The notes under the pieces are model-generated. The model ran no database searches, was not told where the DNA came from, and was given only the letters and a program-made list of their open reading frames with translations. 64,000 bases of DNA. Origin: Nemertoderma westbladi (lineage: Eukaryota; Animalia; Xenacoelomorpha). Positions 11,849 to 24,597 of this stretch are shown piece after piece. The DNA is taken from contig JAUCBJ010000472.1 in NCBI GenBank assembly GCA_032718475.1, positions 1 to 64,000 on the forward strand, written 5' to 3'. A program made the position numbers and the translations under genes. The stretch's first letter is position 1. Every line of letters starts with the position of its first letter.

Positions 11849-13271
11849 GTCTGATTCTGGTAATGCACAAGCAGTGAAGCCTAACAGCATATATACTGCT
11901 AGTGACAAAGAAAACCCTATAGATAAAAACATCAATAGACCAACTTATAATAATAAGCCAATATTCTGACAAAAAATCCTCAGAATACGTTTTCGGCTAA
12001 TCCCATACTGGATAATACAATGGCTCAGGAGAGTTTTACCCGTCAGATGGCTAGAACAGAGGCCCGTCAAGCAGTATCAGTGGGAGAGGTCGTAAAGTTT
12101 AATGGAGATGAGATGAAATGGTTACCGTTTAAGTAATATTATAATGATAACATACAAAACTCAGTATTGTTGAACGGTGAAAAAATATGATTCCTCATCG
12201 AATGTTTAGAAGATCCTCCCAAGTTGATGGCACTAAAGTTCATAGGACATCCTGATGGATTAAAACAAGTCTGGGATACACTCAATATCAGGTGTCGAAT
12301 TAAGACTAATAAAGCTAGATATTTGTATGCTAAATTGGTAGCTCCCAGGAAAGTCCCTAGTATTGGAATTATAGAGTTTTCAGATGAGATTCAGGAAATC
12401 TGTTGACAGATAGATTGGTTAAATCAATCTGAGGAGCACCAAAGTTCAATGATAGTCGGAGCTGTAGCATAGCTGCGTCCTTGCCCAAGGGCGGAATAGG
12501 CACTCGTTGGGACAAAAGGGTTCTGTACTTTGAGGATCATCATAGGAGAAATCCCAAAGTGGTGGACCTTATAGAGTTCCTAACAGGTGAGGAGAGATTA
12601 CAGCTCACTAGACAGTCTAGTGAAAAGGTTCCTGAAGCTAAGGTAAGAGAAAATCCCTCTGCTAGACCTGCCAGGGATTCACCACTGATAGCTTATCAAC
12701 CAGCGTGAGGACGTATTTATCATCAGCCACGTCAGAAATATTCAGCGTGATACTGGTGAAACTTACTGGAGACAAAGGGTCAAAGAGAATATATGTGATG
12801 TTGGACACCGCATCCACATTATCATATATAGACGAGGAAGTGGCGAGGGCCATTTCCAGCTTCCAGGATGCTGAGGAAATAAAGATAGAGTTAAAATCCA
12901 TGCACGGGGTAGGAGATGTCAAGGGACATAAGATTTCTGTCGAACTAGACTCCCTACTTCCGAGAGAAGAGCACACTCGCCAAGAGAGGAGAGCGTTGCC
13001 ACTGGATGGGTTTAAGTGTTTGGCTATGAAGGGATTTGGAAGGCAGTTACATAAGGTGCCACCAATGAGTCCCATAGCACAGGAGTATTTTGACGAGCTC
13101 AAAATACCAAGTCACCAGGTAGGTTATAGAAATGTGTCCATGTTGATTGGAGCGGAACAACTGATCGCGCACCAAATATGGGAAATGAGACCAGTTGAGC
13201 CATATGAAAATGGGCCACACGCCCATAGGACCATATTAGGTTGGTATACACGCGTACCCCTCTCATACTAG

Positions 13272-16200
13272 TTTCCAGGTGGCGATAAGCCGAACGATGG
13301 ATATGACGATTCGCAGCCTACACCACAGCCATCGTTAGTAGAACCACCAGATGTTATCGAATTTAGGAGAGTCTGTATTGATCACTACAGCGACTTCAGC
13401 GAGTCGGAGGAGGAGTTGAGTCCTGATAATGCTAGACTATCAGAACTGCTCTATAATGACCGAAAAGATAGTGAACCCGAGGACCACTGTTATCAGATCC
13501 GTGGGTCTGTTTCAGTGGCTCACGCCACTTACTCGATGTGATGAATGTAACGAATGACGTGAGTGCGGATCCCAACGAGGACATCGCTCGATTATATCAT
13601 ATGAATATGTATTTGTTGCATGACGAACCCCTACCTGCCGTTAGAGATCAGTTCGATGGAATGCATCTCTACCGAAGAACCCGAGGGGAAGATGAGGAAA
13701 TGCCAAGGGTCTTCAGTGTATACAAGTTATTTTATAAATGTAGCGAATGCATGGACAAACAAGATGTATCCATCCCCGATCGCATAAACGAGCTAAATCC
13801 CAAGCCGATATTAACGCAGTGTAAGGCACACCAGTTTCTTAGGAACAACGAAAGAGGTTATCCGATGAGTAATCCAATGATAAGTATCGATTTTAGCGGA
13901 AAGAGACTGGTCAGCTGTTACGCTGACCATTACGACTTTGGATCCGTACACGGAGATTAAACCTCGTACGACTCTCGCTGTAATAGAAATGGCAGCGGCC
14001 ATTTCGCTTTATCGAGCGTACAAAGACCTGGAAGCGCGGCGTGAAGCGGCACAGGACTCGAGTACCAAATCCGCAGGTTTGGAACCCTCGAGTCCCTGGT
14101 ATACATTCACTTTGCCACATCCGGAGAAGAAGTTCACGCCTGAGCACCAGGATGAGATAGGCGCGTTACAACAGGAAGAACGAGCGGCAAAGGCAAAACA
14201 ACTTTTCGTGGAACGCATAGCCGAGTACAATAACACTGCGGATAAACACCAGGAAGAAATGAGGAGAGTTACTGGATTTGTTCCACAAGCTATATCTCAA
14301 CCTAGGCCGGTGTATTATTCCAGTAGTAACGAAGCTGCGATGTTGGTAGATCATCCAGAGGCATGAGAAGCCATTCGGTTCTTACCGATGGTGACATTAG
14401 CGGATCATGGGAACATCGACTGCTTGAGGGAAGCCTTATGCGCGAAGTTCCTGCATGATGTTCCGATGCAGATTACAGACTACGACACCTTAGACAAGAT
14501 TGGAGCTCCAGGGAGGGAGAGTAGGTTATTCGGTTGGCTAGATAAATACATAAAGGTATGGGTCGCGGTGGCTACGTTCCCAGATGACGAGGAGGTGGAC
14601 CAAGCATGGTTGAGGAGAAAGGGTTCCTATACCCAATATGACGACCCTAAGGCATATGGACCCCATCCGTCGAGATACAGCATCAGTGGAGGAAGACGGA
14701 GGAATCCTTGGAGGACTGGTGACTGATGTTCTACGATAATGAGGGAGGGTCTCATCAAGAATGCCTAACAAGTAAATGTATTCAAATTCGCACGGCCGAT
14801 GGCGTAACCCACGTGTTTATGTGCGTGAGAGCGGACCGGGGTAGACCGGAGCCAATCATAACAACGCAATATAGGCGCAGGAAGGATCCCCGGGAGCAGA
14901 TTCTAGAGGTATATAGGCGAGGAGGTATGCATGGAGCTCAGCGAATAGATGCGAGGATGTTGCCCAAGAAGGTTAGGGAGGCAATTCTAAACAAAGATTA
15001 TGTCAAGGTGGATCAGGTGTCCAGAGTGATTTAGAGAGTGATTTCAATGCTATGGCAGACCCAGAGGATTGATTGCCGAGACCATTCGTTGATACGAAGC
15101 TATTACTGCTATGGGCAAAGAAAATTGGAATTTATAGGGAGTACCCTAATTCTGCCAAGACTGGTATGGGTTTTATAGTGCACTTATTGTATAATTGGGA
15201 TTTTAAGTTGAAGACGCAGAAGAAGTATGAGGAGGCGTATGGTGAATATAACACGCCGCTGGGAGCTGAGTTCAAATCACATTTCAAGCGGCAAGCATTG
15301 GTATATTGGAACATTTGTGCACCACCTCGTGCTTTGCAGTATTATTTAGTGTTGGAGTCAAACACGGTAACTTGCTTTATAACGGACATAGTCGCAAGAG
15401 TTTTGAAGCGCCATCCATTGGTGTTTGGAGGAGACCAATACATCAGATCAAAGGGGGAAATTCAGTCCGATGTGATGAAGCGTTTCTTAACCCCGTTCTT
15501 CAACCAATCTTTGGATAACACATCGATGGTCAGAAGGGGATTAGCGATCTTCGAGGGAGTATACCGACAGAATATTGGAGACTTGGGAGAGCGACCTTCC
15601 ATGGAGTATCCGATACCAGAAGCATTGGAGAAGTGGTTTGGAAACCAAAACCGCGGGTTTGGTACTCCCGTCCACTTGGACGTGGACAGACCAGTTAGAG
15701 AGAAGAAGGGAGAGGGTTGGCCTGAGACGTTAGTAGAGGTGTTCGGAATGGATCTTCCGGTGGAGAAGACGTATCCTAAATGGATGCGAGAGGAAGTATT
15801 AGAGATCGAGAACAAGGGTGTGGATGCTTACTTTGTTCCAGAACAGCAACCCTGAACCAGAGAAGATGACATTGTTCTAGACATTGGGAAAGAAGGAAGT
15901 GCGAGACCAATTGGAGACCTCATATATGAGAGGGCTTGGTTCCCGCAAACACATAGATGCAAGCTGTACGGTAGCACAAGACATGGTCAGAAAATGTGTG
16001 ATGCTGTGGTCGAATCAGCGCACAAGGTCTGCCGTTGGTATAACGAGACGGAACATTCATTCTACACGTGTACCGTGTTCATTTCCCAGTGCGGATATTG
16101 TGGGGTGAAGGGACACCACAGCTCAAAGAGTCAGCTGCACAACGACTCCTTGCAGAACCATAGCGCCAACCTGCTTCGAGAGATGTTGGATAAGTGGGAG

Positions 16201-16989
16201 GACGTAGCAGATTATAATATTCAAGCCCAAATGAGATGGCTACCGTTTAAGGCTGGCTATGGATTCTGGGCAGTGGATCCATCGCATGTAGCGTACGAAC
16301 CCTGTCTTTAATCGCTACCGCAGTATCAAGAGTTAATGCTTACTGTTCAGGACCTTCCAAGGAATAGAGAAGTTGTGGTTATTAGATTCTATTTCCGGCA
16401 ACTCAATATGGACAATCAATATTCATGGAATTTTGTTGCTATTTGTGATAGAATTACTAATGGAATATTTTCGGAGATGAGAAAGATCATGCGCGCACGG
16501 GGCGATTGGAGAAATAAATATAGAAATAAATTCTTATTAACTCATGTTCGCTTGGGGTCATTGACCGCTGAATGGGTAGAGGAGCAAAGGACCGCCGCGC
16601 CCACAGCGACGACAGCCGGAGCCCATGGCTCACGGCAAGGTGCTAATGGAGCAGTCCTTAGTAAACACCAAGCCAAGGATGCTCAATACCATGAGATTAT
16701 TGACGCGCAACGACTGCAGCGTAAGGCGCAGGGGACGTCCGAAAGGGCGTGCGTGCAGCTGCAGAAGGAGGAGTTAGCGGAATTACTCACAGCGGTGCAG
16801 CAAATGGGTCGAGGAAGAGGAAGAAGCGTTAGCCGGGAAACCATTGGTGCTCAAGGATCGTCTTCATCACCAGCCCCGGGAAGTGACGCTTCCAGGACGC
16901 TGTCAACAGAATCTGCCGGGGGCAGAATGGTGTATTTGGGTCGAGGCCAAAAGAGGGGAGCGAGCCCAGACCCAGGAGCCAGTCGTTGA
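13272..16989 (+). pseudogene. decayed coding region of unknown identity following the Pao protease
   Basis: continuous GC-richer run of same-strand ORF pieces (13538, 13938, 14388, 14726, 15073, 15884, 15994, 16336) joined by stops and frameshifts; Cys/His cluster CRW..H...C..CGYCGVKGH; no RT, RNase H or integrase motifs seen. Confidence 0.55.
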
Positions 16990-17229
16990 GGAGCGACAAA
17001 CTGTAAACATATACATTACCGTCGCTCTGATGTATATTGTAGGCGACAATTGTATATCCGACTGGACTCATATACACATATAAATTATTTCTTCTAAAAT
17101 TGATTGAAAGAGGCAAAGGAAGTGATTGGGGAGACAAGTGCAAGACAAGATTGAGCAGGTTTGGCTTACTCCTTTCACTTACCTGAGCAATCATCCAATT
17201 TAAGGGCGATTGCATTTTTTATACATTAA

Positions 17230-18769
17230 CCCTATTAAACCCAGGGGGATCAATATGACCCCTCCCCCCCGTGGTTTTTTTATTATAATTCTGAAACAAA
17301 CGCAGTTGGGAATCTGAAATTTTATGATTTTTCCTAAAAATCTATTGTCTTCCTTGTAGTGAAAACCGTTTTCAAAAATATTGGGTACTTTTCGAGTTAT
17401 AGCACCATTTTTTAACCCTACTTTTGGCACTTTCTTTGAGACGTTTTTTGAAAATTACATTTCATTAAATATGAATTGTAACATCTCTATTTTTGATTTA
17501 CACCGGTTTTTTGGTGTTAGAAATTGGATGGAATTCATATAAATAGATTTTTAGAAATTTCAAACTTGTTTTTTTCGGTGGGTGCCAAATTTTGGTGCCA
17601 GCAACAAATTTTGAATTATGTAAATTTTGTAAATTGATTGTTTGAAACTTGTTTTTTACGCAATTGGGGTTTTTTTGGGGTTCTGGATTCGATGAAATAT
17701 ATACGAGTTGCACCAAGCGTATCAAACTTGTATTTTTCGATGCTGTGTGCAAATTTTGGTGCTAGCACGAAATTTTGAAAATTCATTCAATAGATAAAAT
17801 TGCTTGTGACAATTTATTTCTTGCGTCTTAGAGGTTTATGGCTCTTCTGAATTCAATGGAATATATAATTATCGAACTAGACATCTCAAACTTGTATTTT
17901 TCGGATGTGGGTGCAAAATGTGGTGCTAGCACCAAATTTTGAAAACCATCAAATATATCAATTGATTGTTTCACCTTGTTTCTTGCGTTATACGGGTTTG
18001 TGATGGTTCTGAATTCAATGGAATCAGTAAAAATTTCATAAGAGTTCTCAAACTTGTATTTTTCGCCAGTGGGTGAAAATTGTTGTTCCAGCACCTTGTT
18101 TCATGCGTTATACGGGTTTATGAGGGTACTGAATCCGATGGAATCCATAAAAGCAGCACTGGACATCGCAAACGTGTACTTTTTGGTGATGGGTACGAAA
18201 TTTGGTGCCAGCACCAAAATTTGCCAAATTACGCCGAAAAATACAAGTAGCAATGATCTGGCATATTAGAAATGTATTCCATTAGAATCAGCGCCCTCGA
18301 AAACCTGAAAATGTGAATTTATAGCATCGTATAAGTGAATTAAAAATTTTGTGTTCTAACTGAAAAGTGCTGGTTACTTGTTTTTTTCATTTTTTTCCTA
18401 CGCAAAGAGGACTAAACAGCCATTTATAGTAATCATATCATTTTTAAATATTTTTCAATGTATTTTGCACCCCAGAAAACCTGTATTGAAAAAAATAATT
18501 AGCCGAAATTGTAACTTTCAAATTTTGTGAAAATTGTGCACTACTTGTAATTTTGGTGCTGCAATATAACCACCCCAGTACATTTTTTCGAAAATTTTTT
18601 TTTCGTTCGGATCCAGACAAGTGATACCTACGTACAAACAAAAAATCAGACGTTTTCGTAAATATTTGTAGATTTTAAAGGGGGGGGGGGGGGGGGGGGT
18701 CAATATGACCACCCCCCCCCCCCCCCCCCCGGTATTTGTACAACATTTTATAGCCCGGTACTAATAGGG
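17230..18769. mobile_element. non-autonomous piggyBac-type DNA transposon
   Basis: TTAA TSD (17226-17229, 18770-18773); CCCTATTA...TAATAGGG termini; repeated gtcaatatgacc motif; internal degenerate repeats (caaacttgtattttt..ggtgctagcac). Confidence 0.8.
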
Positions 18770-18917
18770 TTAAGTAAAGATTCCAAAATGAAAGAAATTA
18801 TTATGTATTTTATATTTAGTTTGATTATCGGCCTTAAATGCAATAATATTTAGTTAAACATTTAGCCTCAAATACGTTTTATATTTAGTTCTTTGTTATA
18901 ATTGTTCGTTATAATTT

Positions 18918-19610
18918 GAGATGGGAATTGTGGGACATTGTCCTAGCCATGTTACATTTCAGCAAGTAAATTGTTAATTTGTAAATATATCAAGAAAGTA
19001 TATTTTGTAATCTAATTTGTATTAATTTGTATGTAATCATTATTATGCAGTAACAATGGCAATATTAATTGTACGTAATTATTAGAATTATTAGAACCGA
19101 GTTGTTTGAATTGTTTAAAAGTAAATTTTATTTTGTTATTTCACATCGCCCTAATTCTTCTACAATTGGAGGAAAACATTACATGTTTCCCTTGGAGCGG
19201 TGTTATGATATATGGCGTTGTGTACTAAGACAACCCATCATACAGTATAGAGTAATTTAGATAAGTCGTATATTTGCCGTTCATTGATATTAATTGAATC
19301 TAATGTGTATTTGTATTAATTTCATTCATATCTCAAACTAATGTTGTACTAAATTAACGCTAAAAATGTGCTTTAATAATCGCGAAATTAATGTTAGGTA
19401 ATAGACCTATAAGCCCACCGAGACAGAATTATTACCATATATGGTAATGATTTGGGATTCCGAGAGGCAGAGAGCCATATTCCGGCTCTTTCATTGGTTT
19501 AGCTACTTAGGTTGGTTTAACAGTAGTAGGATTTTGTTGGACCAATGATAATATAGACAATGTGTCATTCCTATATTTGTGTTATATGTTCTTAATCATT
19601 CTTACAGTTT
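18918..19610 (+). mobile_element. possible PPT and 3' LTR of BEL/Pao copy A
   Basis: purine tract gagatgggaa followed by tgtggga at 18929; the right end and a partner LTR were not identified. Confidence 0.25.
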
Positions 19611-20459
19611 TGTTGTTGTGAATTATTAATTATGTTACTGATTTTGTACTTCTGTTGATTGTAAATGCTGATTTCTGCTGTTATGCTTGCTTGATTATGA
19701 CTTTGAATAGTAATTACTGCTTAGACTGACTCTTGATTTCTTAAATCTTTGCAATGTAGCATATCCTTATAAAGATTTTCCTTTTGACTGTCAGACTGTT
19801 TGTAATGCTTGCGCCAATACGGTAATTGTTCACTTTAGCATGTCGGGCTAAGGGTACCGTTAGGCGTCGCGGGCGCACTGTGGAAGCGATGGAAGGAGAG
19901 CGGAGGATCCAATGTGTGGCAACGCTGGCAAGGGACAGTATTTGTGGTCGGGCTAATCAGTTAGAGGACCGGGGACTGGTCGTTATTACAGCATTTGGGG
20001 GCTGACGATCCAGATTTCATCTCAGCCTTGCAGTACTACGATATTGTAGCGGGTTTAGCTAGCAAGACCGCATGTAGCTTGGGTGGCCTTGACCATTTAC
20101 ACTAGCGCTGCCACTAATGCTATTTTATGTTGTGTTGTTTAAGGAGTGCCTGATGCTTGATTGTGATGTTTAGATAGGCACTATTTCTCTTGATTGTTTT
20201 CTATTTTCTACGCTCATGCTTATTAATTGCTGTTAGGTCAAAATAATACAGTATTTAGGCTGTTGTTAGTATAACTCAGTAACGTAATAAATTAGTAATA
20301 CGAATTCTGGAATACTTAGTAATTAGTATGCAACTCTGTATTTTGAGACACTGTAGTTTATTTTAGCACTTAGAATAAAATTAAAAGCTTGTACACTACA
20401 CGAGTGTACTACTGGATAATAGTTGGGTAAATTACGTTTAGAAATACCTTGGAATATTC

Positions 20460-23448
20460 GACGCTATTCCTGAATTTGCTTAGCTCTCTCTTCCTCGACG
20501 GATAATGCTTTGTTGTAGGAATTAGCTCTATAGCTTCTTGAGTAAAGAATTGTACCGCGTGTTCATCGCGTATCTGATCATTATATCGCTCTACCGCCTC
20601 ATTGACTTCGTCGTCTTAAGTCAACAGTCCGTTGTTTTGACAGATAAGGTTACACAAATTAACTTGGTTTGACCAAGTTTGATTCTCAGTGAGGAGTTCA
20701 ATGGTATTCTCCTCGTCATATAGAGTCTGGATGTCGTTGTTGTCTGAGGAGCATAGAGTTTCCTCAGCTGGGATATCCTCTTCGCTCACGGCTTCCTCAC
20801 ACTCACTTACCTGATGGACTTGCTCTCCCTTCGATCTTTCCTGCAAAGTCCTGTGGGAAGGTCCCGTGAAAAACCAAACTACTCTCGTTCTTCCCGCGTA
20901 GGTTTGTAGTGGTCGCAGTCAAGCAGGCCGTTTCTCTAGGATCTCAAGCGCTTTGTGCGCATTCTGGCCGAGCAGTATCTGTACCCCTGGGTAATCTGTT
21001 CTGAATCTAGGTATGTTGTATTGCTGGGTAAAATGGTCTTCGTCCCAGTTGTAAGGCTCTACTTGGCTATGGCTAGTAGCAAAGTTCTTTATTGCCCCCA
21101 TTTTATCTGACCTTACACTGTTCTCACCTAGTTCATCTTGGGGAGTGGACAGCGATCCAACATAAAAGTCTGTGGATACTGTAGATTTCCAAACCTGTAT
21201 AATCCCGGAAAGGTTCAGTTTGGTTCGGAACCTTGGTTGACCAGCAAAGACATCTTCGGCCAGGTCCTTGTCAATGAAGGTGCCTGTACTACCGGAGTCA
21301 AGGAGGGCATTCACTATTAAGCTCTTCGCTTGTCCATGTACTCTTAGTTGCACAACTGGGAACTCTCGGATGCCGACAGATGGTGTTGAAACTTTCCATG
21401 AAAGCTGTCGATCCGGAATAGATAGTTGGTGTTCTTCTCCCTCCGTTTCGGTCTCATATGTAAGGGCTCGATATACGGTTGTGTTGATCATATAACAAGA
21501 GTAATTTCGTCAGAAAATTCATCTGTATGGAATCCTTCCATCTCCGAACTATGGTCAGTGTCGTTCACATCCCTGAATTGTACATCAAACTTATCAAACT
21601 CGGTGTGTAGTAAGATATGATGTTTCGCTCCACACTTAGCACACCTCACGTCTGAGTAACAGGTTTTCCTTTGATGTCCTCACCTGAGGCAATTGTAACA
21701 CAACCTTTTGTCCCACATGACATCACGTCTGTCCTTTAGTTCTTTCTTCAAGAATTCCTCACACCCACTCAAGCGATGTGGCCCGTCGCACAATACACAC
21801 TTAGGTTTGATGTTACTTACCTTAACTTGCATTGTATTTTGTACGCTAGCTCTTTCTTCCATGAATTCCATGAATTCTCTTGGGAGACGTAGGGGGAGTT
21901 GTTATCTGTTCTCTCTTGCCACTGGTTTGAGCCTTAGGTTTACTTACGTCTTTCTTGATTTTATTTGTGTAATAAGATCTTTCGGTGTCTTTGCCACTAT
22001 TTTCGTCATAAGACGTTTGACTTTCATAATCATCCGTATAACACACTGGTGTTACCTTTCACCTAGTAACGGGTTTTTCACTTACCTTGGTTTCCGGAGT
22101 CTTCTCTCTAGACTGTTTTATGAGATGTAGTCTTACCTCTCCGTTTAAGAACGACATAAGGTCCGCCATGGTTGGATCTCTATGTTGTTGGTCCATCAAA
22201 TAGAGAACCTTTTTGTCCCAGCGAGTACCTACTCTGCCCTTTGGCAAAGTTGATGCTATGGCTCCTACAACCATAGAACTCTGGTATTCATGAGACTTAC
22301 CCAACAAGTCAAACTGTCTACAGATCTACTGAATCTCATCGGAAAACTCTATAATCCCGCTGCTAAGAAACTTTCTGGGCGCTACTAATTTCGCATACAG
22401 ATATCTAGCTATGTTAGTCCTATTACCATACCTGATGTTAAGTGTATCCCAAACTTGTCTCAATCCGTCCGGATGTCCAATAAACTTTAACGCCATTAAC
22501 TTGGGAGGTCCTTCCAAGCACTCGATAAGGAATCGTAATTTCTATCCGCTGGATAGTACGGAGTTTTGTATGTTATCCTTGTAATATTCATTAAAAGGTA
22601 ACCATTTATCTCATCTCCATTAAACTTGACGACCTCTCCCACCTTTCCCGCTTGACGGGCTTCTGTTCTAGCCATCTATCTGACATATGAAGCTTTCTTG
22701 AGCCATCGTACTATTTAATATCAAATTATCGGTATATAAATTTCTCAGATTATTATCAGATCGGTATGGGATATCATTATCGACAGGCTTATTAATACTC
22801 TTAATAGGGTTTACTATAGGAGTTTCTACTTCACTAGCAGTATAGATGCGTATAGGCTCCACACCTTGCGCATGAAATTGTTACAATTGTTACATTGTTA
22901 CAGAGGGTGGTGGTATACCCATTTGTATATTTACTAATTTATCACGCTCGAGAGCGATACGTTGCTGTACTTCTTGCAGCTCTATTTTAGTCTCAGACTT
23001 GTTCTAACAGGGATTTGCTAACAGGCCCAATTATTTCTGGCTCATCTACTATAGTAGGGAGTCTTTCTACAACTGGGGCTGTTGACTCTCTATTACTTAA
23101 GTCTACATTAGCTAATTCCCTTCTCACCGTAGGGGGTAAGTTAGACAACTTATGTCTTTGGGGCGCTCTTCTACATCGGTTTGAATAAGATTTATTACCT
23201 TTACACTCGGAATCAGTAGTAGTACCTTCGGCCGAGGAAGTAAATCCCTGTCTTTTGAGAGTAGATCGACTTAGAAGTTGCATTTGAATCGCTGCCCTTT
23301 GTTTATTTAAGTAATCTTGTCTAGCCTGAATGCTCTCTAACTCTAATTGGGCTCTTGCTTCATTTGCCCTCCTTTCAGCTTCCACTGTGGCAGCTTTAAG
23401 TGTGGCAGCTAAGAGACTATCTGACATTGTTTGTTTTGTGTCAGACAT
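20460..23448 (-). mobile_element. BEL/Pao-like Gag-protease remnant, copy B
   Basis: PPKLMALKFIGHPDGL..VWDTLNIRYG; Pao-type triple knuckle CVLCDGPHRLSGC / CYNCLR.GH..C / CAKCGAKHHILLH; protease ALLDSGST; many stops. Confidence 0.85.
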
Positions 23449-23491
23449 AATTTATTTAAAGTTGAATGCCTATCACGATAATAACAGTTAA

Positions 23492-23819
23492 GGGGGGGGG
23501 GGGGGGGGGACACCATTTTGTTCAAAAATATGTCGAAATTTTTTTTATGATCTATTATAATGCACCATTGAATGGTGTTTCCAAATCTGAAAACCGCTAT
23601 TTAATAGCTCTTTCAGTTTTAAGTTATAACAATTCCTATTTAGGGATTCCTATTGAAATTACTATTACTATGTACAATGAAAGGTCGATTATCTCCAAAT
23701 ATTTTTTTATGAAATTGTCAACTTCAAAACCCTACTACTTTTACAATTTTTGAGCAATTAGTCTGAAACTTTCTGTGGGTGTCTACATAGCCACCCTGCA
23801 TAAAAGTATCAGACCCCCC
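23492..23819. mobile_element. TTAA-flanked MITE with GG..CC ends (Kolobok-like)
   Basis: ttaa|ggggg...agaccccc|ttaa (TSD 23488-23491, 23820-23823). Confidence 0.65.
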
Positions 23820-24160
23820 TTAAAGTAAATCTAGGGGAAATCAGTATCAACTGTCAGTCTCATAGTTACCAATATTGCTACTCAATGTAACATGGTATAT
23901 ATCTAGTGTTAGAATACCAGTATACACCTAGAGTATATATAACAGTATTATTACAGACTAGGATCAGTCACAGAATACCGGTATATAAGTTTAGCCTTAT
24001 TTATATAAATATATAATAAGCTTACTGTAAAAACTGGTAATGTCAATAATTTAATAATAACTGATTATCCAAATTTTAGGAATTATTTCCCTTTACTTTA
24101 TGACTGATATTAAGCAGTAGGTTCAAGTGATATTAAGACCTAATTGATGTATAACACTGC

Positions 24161-24374
24161 CCTTCTAAGGTAAAAAGCCGTATCTCAATTTGGACAGTCT
24201 TGAGTAAATCGCATTTAAGTTTTCACACCTCTTGATTTAAAACACATAACTTTCAAATTCGAATTTTTTATGGGTTGTGAGCACAAAGTGGGAGTAAATT
24301 TCTAGTAAATTTCTTTTTAATGATGAATCACTCAGTCAAGTGAAAAATGAGATACTGCCTTTTACCTTAGATGG
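24161..24374. repeat. about 27-bp inverted repeat pair (MITE or subterminal structure of the adjacent transposon)
   Basis: ccttctaaggtaaaaagccgtatctca (24161-24187) versus tgagatactgccttttaccttagatgg (24348-24374). Confidence 0.7.
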
Positions 24375-24597
24375 AATATCAATATAATAACAATTGTGGT
24401 AAGGTAGAAAACAGTAATTATTGTTTTGATCGATTTTTAATAATGTAATCCACTATTTAAGTGCTGGTACTACATAAGTGGCGCTATATATAACTAGAGC
24501 AGAGCAGAAACCAGTCTACGCTGTAACAGAAAAGATAATCTCCGAATAGTTTTAAGTTTATAAGTACCTAGATAGGTGTGATTATTTTCGACACAGT

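Larger units (their letters stand above)
9640..13271 (+). mobile_element. BEL/Pao-like Gag-protease remnant, copy A (interrupted by an RTE insertion and a solo LTR)
   Basis: coiled-coil N-terminus; VVKFNGDEMKWLPF and VWDTLNIR (DUF1759-like Gag); aspartic protease VMLDTAST and TILGW; homologous to the minus-strand copy at 20460-23448. Confidence 0.75.
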
